A stretch of DNA of 64,000 nucleotides from a virus, in the IMG/VR virus record IMGVR_UViG_3300037095_000059; one strand, 5' to 3'. This document shows positions 1 through 6,658 of this stretch, piece by piece. The notes under the pieces are model-generated. The model was not told where the DNA came from, searched no databases, and saw only the letters and a list, made by a program, of their open reading frames with translations. Numbering within the stretch: position 1 is the first letter of the stretch; every line of letters begins with the position of its first letter. A program made the translations under genes and the position numbers.

Positions 1-100
1 GCAGCGTCTAGACGATCACCGGTAAAGATTTTCACCCGCGTAAACACTGGAGATAAATGAGATTTGCACAGATTATCCACAGTTTAGTGCGATATTGCAC

Positions 101-127
101 TTGACATACAAAGCAGGTTTGTATACT
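101..127 (+). promoter_or_regulatory. sigma70-like promoter candidate
   Basis: TTGACA (101-106), 15-nt spacer, TATACT (122-127) in an AT-rich ORF-free leader. The spacer is short, so this is weak. Confidence 0.3.
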
Positions 128-273
128 ATTTAATCATGCATCTGACTTACGAAAGGCTTACAGCATGAAAGAAATACCGCAAGTGTTGAACGTGATAACC
201 GATGTTGTCCTGTCGCACAGGCCAAAACCGAAGTCAAAAGCGGCGAAGAAGCGCAAACGGAAAGAGGACAAAA

Positions 274-1086
274 ATGCAAAAACTGCTCGTTAGCTTTTCA
301 GGGGGGCGATCCTCCGCTTACATGGCGTGGCATATTAAGAATGAATGGTCATCTACCCACGAACTCGCTTTTGTCTTCGCCAACACAGGTAAAGAACGAG
401 AAGAGACGCTTGTTTTCGTGCAACGGTGCAGCGATGAATGGGGTCTGGGAGTTGTATGGGTTGAGGCTGTGGCTCACGCCGAACGAGGAATTGCTTCGAC
501 TCATCGCATTGTGAATTTTTCCACTGCATCCCGAAATGGAGAGCCGTTCGAGGACGTTATCAAAGTCTACGGTATTCCGAATATGAATTACTTGCACTGT
601 ACCCGCGAACTCAAAGCCAATGCCATTCGTAGCTACATGCGGAGCATCGGATGGGAAGAGTATTTGACCGCCCAAGGAATTCGCATTGATGAGCCAAAGC
701 GTCTCAAACCGAAGGAAGGGGTCATCCGACCTTTGGCGGAGAATTGGCCCACAACCAAACCGGAAATCGTAGATTGGTGGAAAGATCAGAAGTTCGACCT
801 GGGTTTGAAGGACCATCAAGGGAACTGCGATTGCTGCCACAAAAAACACATTCCAAAACTTGTTAGGATCGCGCAGGAAACCCCCAACTCCTTTAATTGG
901 TGGGGCCATATGGAGCATCAATATGGGCTGGCCGGGCATAATGAAGACGGTACCCCTCGCACCTTTTTCCGTGGTCATAGATCAGCATCCGATATTGTGG
1001 AGATGTCCAAACTTATGACCCTTCCGCCCATTCCAGACGAAGATGAAGACGCTGGATGCAGCGAAAGCTGTGAGGCTTTCGTATGA
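274..1086 (+). CDS. PP-loop ATP pyrophosphatase, PAPS-reductase-like
   Basis: Frame of ORF 202..1086. ATG 274 follows AAGAGGA. N-terminal SFSGGRSS PP-loop motif and a C-terminal GNCDCCH Cys cluster. Confidence 0.7.
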   Translation: MQKLLVSFSGGRSSAYMAWHIKNEWSSTHELAFVFANTGKEREETLVFVQRCSDEWGLGVVWVEAVAHAERGIASTHRIVNFSTASRNGEPFEDVIKVYGIPNMNYLHCTRELKANAIRSYMRSIGWEEYLTAQGIRIDEPKRLKPKEGVIRPLAENWPTTKPEIVDWWKDQKFDLGLKDHQGNCDCCHKKHIPKLVRIAQETPNSFNWWGHMEHQYGLAGHNEDGTPRTFFRGHRSASDIVEMSKLMTLPPIPDEDEDAGCSESCEAFV

Positions 1087-1211
1087 AAGCACAAAACGGA
1101 AGTCAAGTATATAATTCCCAATCGTCCTGAGTGCAATAGCGTATTTTCAACGGTTTACAACAAAAGCGCATAAGAGCATACCTTGTGCGTCAAAGGAGAA
1201 ACAAAGTGGTA

Positions 1212-1568
1212 ATGAAACGCGAAGTGGACAAGGAAATACCCCGGCCTCCATCAATCAAACTGAGGGATTACTTTGGGGCGCTAGCGATACAGGCGATCAT
1301 CAGCCGGGGAGATTTGGACATGGACATGAACGTGATGCCCTATTGCCTGGACGCATACACGATAGCCGACGCGATGCTCGAAGTTCGGCAATTAAGCTCT
1401 ACGGAGTCAAAGACCCCAAAGTTGAATGCCGCTGAAGTCCGCCTCATCCTTGCTCTAAGGGGGATTGAAGAGAGTCCCGCCGATGGGAAATGTGACGAGA
1501 TGGACTTGGTTAATGCCGCTGTTGAGGCATACATCGAGGAAACCTCCGCCGCGCGGTCCTTGCCGTAA
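1212..1568 (+). CDS. hypothetical protein
   Basis: Frame of ORF 1185..1568. AGGAG lies upstream. The start is ATG 1212 or GTG 1206. No recognisable motif. Confidence 0.5.
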   Translation: MKREVDKEIPRPPSIKLRDYFGALAIQAIISRGDLDMDMNVMPYCLDAYTIADAMLEVRQLSSTESKTPKLNAAEVRLILALRGIEESPADGKCDEMDLVNAAVEAYIEETSAARSLP

Positions 1569-1622
1569 CAGGTGCAATATCGCACCAAAACGTAGTACAT
1601 CATGCAAGGGAGGAAACAAAAA

Positions 1623-1925
1623 ATGGAGATGCAGATGAAAAGGAAATTCAGGTACGCGGTAATTCTTGGCGCTGAAGATGGCGGGCGAATACTTTCCCGC
1701 CACTACCGCGATGATGATGCAGAAGCCTCGGCGAGGCGCTACCAAAATACTCCAGAGGGATGCTACTCTCATCCTTTCGTTGCGCCCATAGAAAGAGTTT
1801 CAGAAATACTCGGGCGGATCAGTGGCGCATCTGGCACACATCATGCAAGGGAGGAAACACCTATGAACAGCGACGGAAACGATGAACACCAGGATGGGTG
1901 CGTGTGCCGGGAATGCAGGCCATAA
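1623..1925 (+). CDS. hypothetical protein
   Basis: Frame of ORF 1602..1925. GGGAGG lies 9 nt before ATG 1623. A duplicated SD cassette occurs again inside the ORF at 1838-1859. Confidence 0.45.
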   Translation: MEMQMKRKFRYAVILGAEDGGRILSRHYRDDDAEASARRYQNTPEGCYSHPFVAPIERVSEILGRISGASGTHHAREETPMNSDGNDEHQDGCVCRECRP

Positions 1926-1955
1926 CAGCAGTACAGCGCATTGGAGGCGCAGGAA

Positions 1956-2543
1956 ATGATTGAACTCAAAAACATCTACGGCGCTGTGATTTATACAGCT
2001 CCGAACATTACGACGGTAAAAGCAACTGTGGAAGAGGCAGTATCAAGCGGTGCCGACCTGAGCGGTGCCTACCTGCGCGGTGCCGACCTGCGCGATGCCT
2101 ACCTGCGCGGTGCCGACCTGCGCGGTGCCTACCTGCGCGGTGCCGACCTGCGCGATGCCTACCTGCGCGGTGCCGACCTGCGCGGTGCCGACCTGAGCGG
2201 TGCCGACCTGAGCGGTGCCGACCTGAGCGGTGCCTACCTGAGCGATGCCTACCTGCGCGGTGCCGACCTGCGCGATGGAAGAATCTCGGCAATGCGGTGC
2301 ATGGCGTACTCAGCTTACCCTTACCAGATTCAGGCTGTACTTTTCCAAGACGGCTCCCGGTGGGTGCGTATGGGGTGCCTCTGGAAGTCACTCGAAGATT
2401 GGGAAAAGATAGGTATTCGCAAGAGCAACTTGTCTGAGTTCCCCGACGACGGCTCTGATCGCAGCGAAGAGCGTATTGCGGCATTTGAGTTTGCCAAAGC
2501 AGCCACGCTTCGTATGAAACTTCCAACGGAGATCGCAAAATGA
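1956..2543 (+). CDS. pentapeptide-repeat protein
   Basis: About 15 consecutive A(D/Y)L(R/S)G pentapeptides (GADLRGAYLRGADLRDAYL...) followed by a non-repetitive C-terminal domain. GGAGG precedes ATG 1956. Confidence 0.85.
   Translation: MIELKNIYGAVIYTAPNITTVKATVEEAVSSGADLSGAYLRGADLRDAYLRGADLRGAYLRGADLRDAYLRGADLRGADLSGADLSGADLSGAYLSDAYLRGADLRDGRISAMRCMAYSAYPYQIQAVLFQDGSRWVRMGCLWKSLEDWEKIGIRKSNLSEFPDDGSDRSEERIAAFEFAKAATLRMKLPTEIAK
2049..2276 (+). repeat. tandem 15-nt / 30-nt coding repeat (pentapeptide array)
   Basis: GGTGCCGACCTGCGC / GATGCCTACCTGCGC units are repeated almost identically at the nucleotide level for about 228 nt. Confidence 0.9.
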
Positions 2544-2638
2544 AAGCACTGCAAGCCGTACTCGACAACCGCGACGCACTAGCGCCGCTCGGAGCCTACG
2601 CAATCTTGGTTTTTGTGCTCTTTGCGCTGGCGTTTTGA
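2540..2638 (+). CDS. small hydrophobic peptide (32 aa), candidate
   Basis: ATGA overlap with the pentapeptide gene stop. Translation MKALQAVLDNRDALAPLGAYAILVFVLFALAF has one TM-like segment. It is below the ORF-track size cut-off. Confidence 0.35.
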   Translation: MKALQAVLDNRDALAPLGAYAILVFVLFALAF

Positions 2639-2664
2639 ACCACAATCGGCAGACTTGCTCTGCT

Positions 2665-2737
2665 CTGGCCGCTCCGAAGTCGCAAGCAAAGCTAGGAACT
2701 GAGAAGCCTAGACTTTAAGCGGGCCGGGAGCGGCCAG
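2665..2737. repeat. 11-bp perfect inverted repeat (long hairpin)
   Basis: CTGGCCGCTCC (2665-2675) pairs with GGAGCGGCCAG (2727-2737). An inner CTAGG/CCTAG pair is also present. The region is ORF-poor. Confidence 0.6.
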
Positions 2738-2769
2738 GAAAGCGCAAGATGCTAACAAGGAGAAAACAA

Positions 2770-2868
2770 ATGCTCTCAAATGAATGGGTTCTCAGGCACG
2801 AAAGATTCATCTATCGTGTAGGCTTCACAGTTATGTTTATAGCTGTGTTTATGCTTGTAGCATGGTAA
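2770..2868 (+). CDS. small hydrophobic peptide (32 aa), candidate
   Basis: AAGGAG lies 7 nt before ATG 2770. Translation MLSNEWVLRHERFIYRVGFTVMFIAVFMLVAW. The stretch is AT-richer than its surroundings. Confidence 0.4.
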   Translation: MLSNEWVLRHERFIYRVGFTVMFIAVFMLVAW

Positions 2869-2897
2869 CATTCTCGCTGTATCAAGAAAGAGGCAAC

Positions 2898-3056
2898 ATG
2901 ATAGTCAAGCAAGGGAGTTTAGGCCCGACCTGGGCGGAGATAGTCGCGGCCAGGAACAAGCGGGAAGACGAGGCGGTCGCCCGGAGATTCAAACGTGACG
3001 AGCGCAGCCAGTGGGACAACCAGTGGGACAACGGGTACGAGAGGGGGCCACGATGA
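2898..3056 (+). CDS. hypothetical protein
   Basis: Frame of ORF 2784..3056. AAGAGG precedes ATG 2898. The product is charged and basic. Confidence 0.5.
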   Translation: MIVKQGSLGPTWAEIVAARNKREDEAVARRFKRDERSQWDNQWDNGYERGPR

Positions 3057-3220
3057 AGCATCTGTCCTGTCCGAAGTGCAGCCGGGTTGTCGATATTGAA
3101 GCGACCTATGTGACCACGGCGATGGTCAACAACGAACTCAAGACCTTCCGCGTGGAACACGGCCACAGTACCACGAAGGGGAGCGAGTTGCAGTGCGCTT
3201 GCGGCCAGTTTCTCAAGTAA
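3053..3220 (+). CDS. small zinc-ribbon protein
   Basis: ATGA overlap with the upstream stop. CPKC ... CACG cysteine pairs. Confidence 0.55.
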   Translation: MKHLSCPKCSRVVDIEATYVTTAMVNNELKTFRVEHGHSTTKGSELQCACGQFLK

Positions 3221-3300
3221 CGCAGATGGGCCGGACAAACCAGTCCGGTTAATGCGGCAGCGCCCGGTTCCAAATGCCGGGGCAACGCAGAGGAGGAACA

Positions 3301-3582
3301 ATGCACGATTTAGCAACGATCATCGCCATCAATCGGCAGCCCACACCGCCCAGCATGAAAGACCGCTTCGGCTGCTTCACCGAGCAGGAACAAATTATCC
3401 TGCAACGGGCTTTGTTGGACTTTTCGATGAAGCAGACCTCGGCCTATAGAACGGCCAATGACTTCACAATTCGGAGTTTGATGGCGGGGGGCACTCTTCC
3501 CTTGGTCTACTTCGGAATTGAAACCACCAACCGTTTGGTGGATGAGATCAGCCAGACCGGGTCTCGACCGGAGGCCGCTTGA
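3301..3582 (+). CDS. hypothetical protein
   Basis: GAGGAGG precedes ATG 3301, in the frame of ORF 3274..3582. Confidence 0.55.
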   Translation: MHDLATIIAINRQPTPPSMKDRFGCFTEQEQIILQRALLDFSMKQTSAYRTANDFTIRSLMAGGTLPLVYFGIETTNRLVDEISQTGSRPEAA

Positions 3583-3818
3583 TACTCTCAACCCCAACGT
3601 GTGACACTCTCGGCTGCACGAAGACTCACACAGCCTCGAACGGTTGGTGGGTTGTCCGGGTAGTGGACTTTTACAAAGAACTCTGGAAGTGGGAGGACGC
3701 AGAAGCCGTGGGCGTACTCAAGGGCCCGAAGACCTTCCACTTCTGCGGGCAAACGCACGCTCTACAGTTTCTATCCTCAGAGATGGGGAGCAAGACAGAT
3801 AAACCGGAGGAGAAATGA
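3579..3818 (+). CDS. hypothetical protein
   Basis: ORF-track ORF. The TTG start overlaps the upstream TGA. Confidence 0.45.
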   Translation: MILSTPTCDTLGCTKTHTASNGWWVVRVVDFYKELWKWEDAEAVGVLKGPKTFHFCGQTHALQFLSSEMGSKTDKPEEK

Positions 3819-3928
3819 CCAACCACAACGACGGCCTCGGCTGCTTCCGGGGCTTAATGTACGCTCTGCCTTTGGCGCTGCTGTGCTGGGTGCTGATTAT
3901 CCTGGCCGTCAGGTGGGGGATGAAATGA
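3815..3928 (+). CDS. small membrane peptide (37 aa), candidate
   Basis: ATGA overlaps at both ends. Hydrophobic core LMYALPLALLCWVLIILAV. Confidence 0.4.
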   Translation: MTNHNDGLGCFRGLMYALPLALLCWVLIILAVRWGMK

Positions 3929-4158
3929 CCGACTTATCTCTGAGAACCACCCGGCTGAACTTCAAAACCTCGGACGCCGTTTGGGAAAGGGGGAAGCACC
4001 GGGAGGTTGTGATCGAAGCCCGCCCCCGAACCTGCACCGTGCGCCTTGCCGGAATGAGAACTTCCTTCACCATCGAGTGGTCCGCGATTCACAGCTTGGC
4101 GGCGAAGATGGCCGTCGCCGCTGAGAAAGCAGAGAAGAAGAAAGCGAAGAAAAAGTGA
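3925..4158 (+). CDS. hypothetical protein
   Basis: Frame of ORF 3883..4158. GGTGGGGG precedes ATG 3925. The C-terminal tail is Lys-rich. Confidence 0.55.
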   Translation: MTDLSLRTTRLNFKTSDAVWERGKHREVVIEARPRTCTVRLAGMRTSFTIEWSAIHSLAAKMAVAAEKAEKKKAKKK

Positions 4159-4261
4159 GTTTTCCACAGATTTCTTTGCAAAGGTTGCGAGTTTGGCACG
4201 GGAATTGCTAGTAGTATAGCGGGCCAATTCAGACCCCAATTCCCTACAAAGAGGCAACTTA

Positions 4262-5092
4262 ATGCAAATTGAAGATTTTGAACGGTTTATGTCCGAACAA
4301 CTGACGTGCAGCATCGACGACGTACCCGCTGGACAGGGGGCAATCTACTTGATTACGAATCTTGTCAATGGAAAAGTGTATGTTGGGCAGACTTGGGGTT
4401 CGGTGTCCGCTCGGTGGACGAGCCATCTGCACGACGCCGAGAATCGTCCGCAGTTTTATTTTCACCGCGCTCTCAACAAGTACGGGAAGGAAAATTTTGT
4501 AGCGGGGGTTTTGGGGTGGGCCAAAACCGAAGAAGAGTTGAACGATTTGGAAATCCTTTGGATACTGCTTCTCGACTCTGCTGACCGAAAATATGGGTAC
4601 AACTCTACCCACGGCGGAAGAGGAGGAAAGTTCAACAGCGAAGCGAAAGAAAAAATGTCAGAAGCTCATAGACGACGGTATGAAGACCCGGCGGAGCGCA
4701 AGAGGCAGTCTGACTCCATGAAACGAATGTGGTCCGACCCCGACATCAGAAAGAATATACTGGCTGGCCAAACAAAATGGCTTGAAAACCCCCAAGGGAG
4801 GCCGATCCGGTCAAAACGCGCCAAGCAAGTAGCAAACCGCCCGGAGATTAAGCAGAAAATGTCCGAGAACATGACAAAACGGTGGTCTGATCCAGAAAAA
4901 CGTCAGAAACAATCCGAAAAATCGAAGGAAGCCTTGGCCGACCCGAAAGTCCGAAAGAAAATCTCAGAAGGAACACGAAAGGGATTGGAAGAAGCCAAAC
5001 TCCGGCGAAAAGAGCAAGGAATTGTGAAACCAAAGAGAGTTCAAAGCCGAAACGCCTTGGGAAAGTTTATTAAGGAGGAGGGGAAGAAATGA
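4262..5092 (+). CDS. GIY-YIG homing endonuclease with repeated NUMOD-like C-terminal modules
   Basis: GAIYLITNLVNGKVYVGQT ... R ... H ... YGYNS matches the GIY-YIG core. Repeated K(M/I)SE..(R/K)..W.DPE.R modules follow. Confidence 0.85.
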   Translation: MQIEDFERFMSEQLTCSIDDVPAGQGAIYLITNLVNGKVYVGQTWGSVSARWTSHLHDAENRPQFYFHRALNKYGKENFVAGVLGWAKTEEELNDLEILWILLLDSADRKYGYNSTHGGRGGKFNSEAKEKMSEAHRRRYEDPAERKRQSDSMKRMWSDPDIRKNILAGQTKWLENPQGRPIRSKRAKQVANRPEIKQKMSENMTKRWSDPEKRQKQSEKSKEALADPKVRKKISEGTRKGLEEAKLRRKEQGIVKPKRVQSRNALGKFIKEEGKK

Positions 5093-5322
5093 AACACGTC
5101 ATTGTGATTGAAACCTCGGACGACCGGCCCCTGAATAAGCGGACGCTGTGTCTATTCCGAGCGCAAGCTATCTGCGCCCTTCACGACCTGGCGACAAAGT
5201 ACGTGGGTTTGTCCTTCATTAACACGCGGTTCAACGTATCGTCCGCCACCGTCGCTATTCACGAAATGTACAATCTACCGCCCTGGAACCCGGAAACGGG
5301 AACCAGCGAGTCGTCCAGGTAA
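5089..5322 (+). CDS. hypothetical protein
   Basis: ORF-track ORF with ATGA overlap to the endonuclease gene. Its TAA stop lies inside the motif copy at 5313. Confidence 0.6.
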   Translation: MKHVIVIETSDDRPLNKRTLCLFRAQAICALHDLATKYVGLSFINTRFNVSSATVAIHEMYNLPPWNPETGTSESSR

Positions 5323-5327
5323 TGGAC
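5313..5327 (+). repeat. dispersed motif GTCCRRNTAATGGAC, exact
   Basis: gtccaggtaatggac. Its TAA is the stop of CDS 5089..5322. It lies 15 nt upstream of start 5343. Confidence 0.9.
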
Positions 5328-5342
5328 AGAAAGTGAGATGTT

Positions 5343-5633
5343 ATGGCACAGTGGCAGCGACACTTGGACATGAAGGACGTGTGGGACAGCGGAGACATTC
5401 CTCTTGTTGCCCGCACTGCGGCAGACCGTTTGGAGGTTTTGGCCCCCTTCGGCGGCAACTACCTGGACGACGAAAAGCTGGACCTCGTGGACGAACTACG
5501 CGCCCTAGCCGAAGACGAAGGAGCAACAACCAGCGACTTCGACAACGTGTGGGGCCGGGTTTACGATTGGGCCGACACGCCACTCGACTCCAGCTTCGGC
5601 GGAAAGAAAGTTTGTTGGGTTGCGACGTTCTAA
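5343..5633 (+). CDS. hypothetical acidic protein
   Basis: ORF-track ORF with plausible coding composition. The overlapping Arg-rich alternative frame 5333..5650 is rejected. Confidence 0.6.
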   Translation: MAQWQRHLDMKDVWDSGDIPLVARTAADRLEVLAPFGGNYLDDEKLDLVDELRALAEDEGATTSDFDNVWGRVYDWADTPLDSSFGGKKVCWVATF

Positions 5634-5640
5634 ACAACAA

Positions 5641-5655
5641 GTCCAGGTAATGGAC
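5641..5655 (+). repeat. dispersed motif, exact
   Basis: gtccaggtaatggac. It is intergenic and lies directly upstream of the 31-nt initiation cassette at 5659-5689. Confidence 0.9.
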
Positions 5656-5682
5656 AACCAACCAAAACCCGAAGGAGGGTTT

Positions 5683-5844
5683 ATGAAGCGATGGAAGATT
5701 GATTTCGGAGGCTCTGTAATCGTAGAGGCCGACGACCAATATGAAGCCGAAGCCTTGGCACGAGAGCGCGTTTCTTCTGACGGCGACTGGGCTGAACAGA
5801 GGCGGTGTCGGCAAATCAGCGGTTTTGACTACGAGGAGAACTAA
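5683..5844 (+). CDS. hypothetical protein
   Basis: GAAGGAGGG lies 5 nt before ATG 5683, in the frame of ORF 5620..5844. Confidence 0.55.
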   Translation: MKRWKIDFGGSVIVEADDQYEAEALARERVSSDGDWAEQRRCRQISGFDYEEN

Positions 5845-6060
5845 ATGGGCTTGCAAAACCTGATTACCTATTTCTACCCCGACCATTGGCGCACGAATGA
5901 CCTAGCCGTTGAAGTCAGGCTTCTGGGCAAGCGTGTAGGGTATATTCGTCAAGAACGGCTGCGCGATTTCAAGGACGAGATCGAGAATTTGGAAGATGTG
6001 GCCCGCCGCGCCGTCGATGCCCTTGAGTGTGCAATCGAAACCTTGTCCGAACAGGTCTAA
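5845..6060 (+). CDS. hypothetical protein
   Basis: ORF-track ORF starting 1 nt after the upstream stop. Confidence 0.55.
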   Translation: MGLQNLITYFYPDHWRTNDLAVEVRLLGKRVGYIRQERLRDFKDEIENLEDVARRAVDALECAIETLSEQV

Positions 6061-6082
6061 CCAAAGTTGGCGGAATAACCAT

Positions 6083-6097
6083 GTCCATTAGCCGGAC
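6083..6097 (-). repeat. dispersed motif, exact (reverse orientation)
   Basis: gtccattagccggac. It lies directly upstream of the second copy of the 31-nt initiation cassette (6099-6129). Confidence 0.9.
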
Positions 6098-6122
6098 GCA
6101 ACCAAAACCCGAAGGAGGGTTT

Positions 6123-6389
6123 ATGAAGCAAGTTGTAACAGTCACCGAAATAGAAGGCGAGGGTCTCGAAGCCTTGCTCAACGAAAACGTTCTGATCTAT
6201 TGCATGAACTACTTCTACACCGGCAAGCTCGTCGGAGTCAATGACAAGTTTGTCAAGTTGGAAGGGGCAAAGATCGTGTACGAAACCGGGCCATCCAGCG
6301 AGAAGGACTACAAAGACGCACAGCCTTTGCCGAACAACACCTGGTACGTCCAAACTGCCGCCATCGAGTCCTTTGGCCTCGGAAAGTAG
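6123..6389 (+). CDS. hypothetical protein
   Basis: GAAGGAGGG precedes ATG 6123, in the frame of ORF 6027..6389. Confidence 0.6.
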   Translation: MKQVVTVTEIEGEGLEALLNENVLIYCMNYFYTGKLVGVNDKFVKLEGAKIVYETGPSSEKDYKDAQPLPNNTWYVQTAAIESFGLGK

Positions 6390-6421
6390 GCCGAGCATGA
6401 GGGCTAGCAAACAGAAATATC

Positions 6422-6625
6422 GGTCGCGGTCGTGGTCGGGGTCGCGGTCGTGGTCGTGGTCGCGGTCGTGGTCGGGGTCGCGGTCGTGGTCGTGGTCGCG
6501 GTCGTGGTCGGGGTCGCGGTCGTGGTCGGGGTCGCGGTCGTGGTCGGGGTCGCGGTCGTGGTCGGGGTCGGGGTCGCGGTCGTGGTCGTGGTCGGGGTCG
6601 CGGTCGTGGTCGTGGTCGGGGTCGT
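6422..6625. repeat. hexanucleotide microsatellite (GGTCGN) x 34
   Basis: An uninterrupted array of GGTCGC/GGTCGT/GGTCGG units with 18-nt higher-order periodicity. It ends 33 nt upstream of the integrase start. Confidence 0.95.
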
Positions 6626-6658
6626 TTTAGTCCTGCCCGCAAAAAACAAAGGAAACCC

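Noticed and set aside
165-293. A 42-codon ORF (MKEIPQVLNV...) upstream of and overlapping the PP-loop gene start
   Set aside because: It has no clear SD and a highly basic low-complexity tail, and it overlaps the better-supported ATG 274 start region. There is not enough evidence to call it.
5341-5886. Long - strand ORFs within the + arm: 5341..5886, 14069..14629, 25080..25781, 27679..28197, 29321..29926, 30725..31306 and 31334..31822
   Set aside because: Each is fully antisense to well-supported, tightly coupled + strand genes. None has a convincing SD, and the products are Arg/Pro/Ser-rich.
6422-6625. Possible CRISPR array, considered also for the arrays at 2049-2276 and 13478-13717
   Set aside because: The units are 6, 12 or 15 nt and directly abut each other without unique spacers. 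These are microsatellite or minisatellite arrays, not repeat-spacer arrays.
6401-6658. N-terminal (GR)n extension of the integrase, since the frame is contiguous with int through the whole array
   Set aside because: The frame opens after a TGA at 6398-6400 and contains no ATG, GTG or TTG before the ATG at 6659. That ATG has its own AAGGA Shine-Dalgarno.
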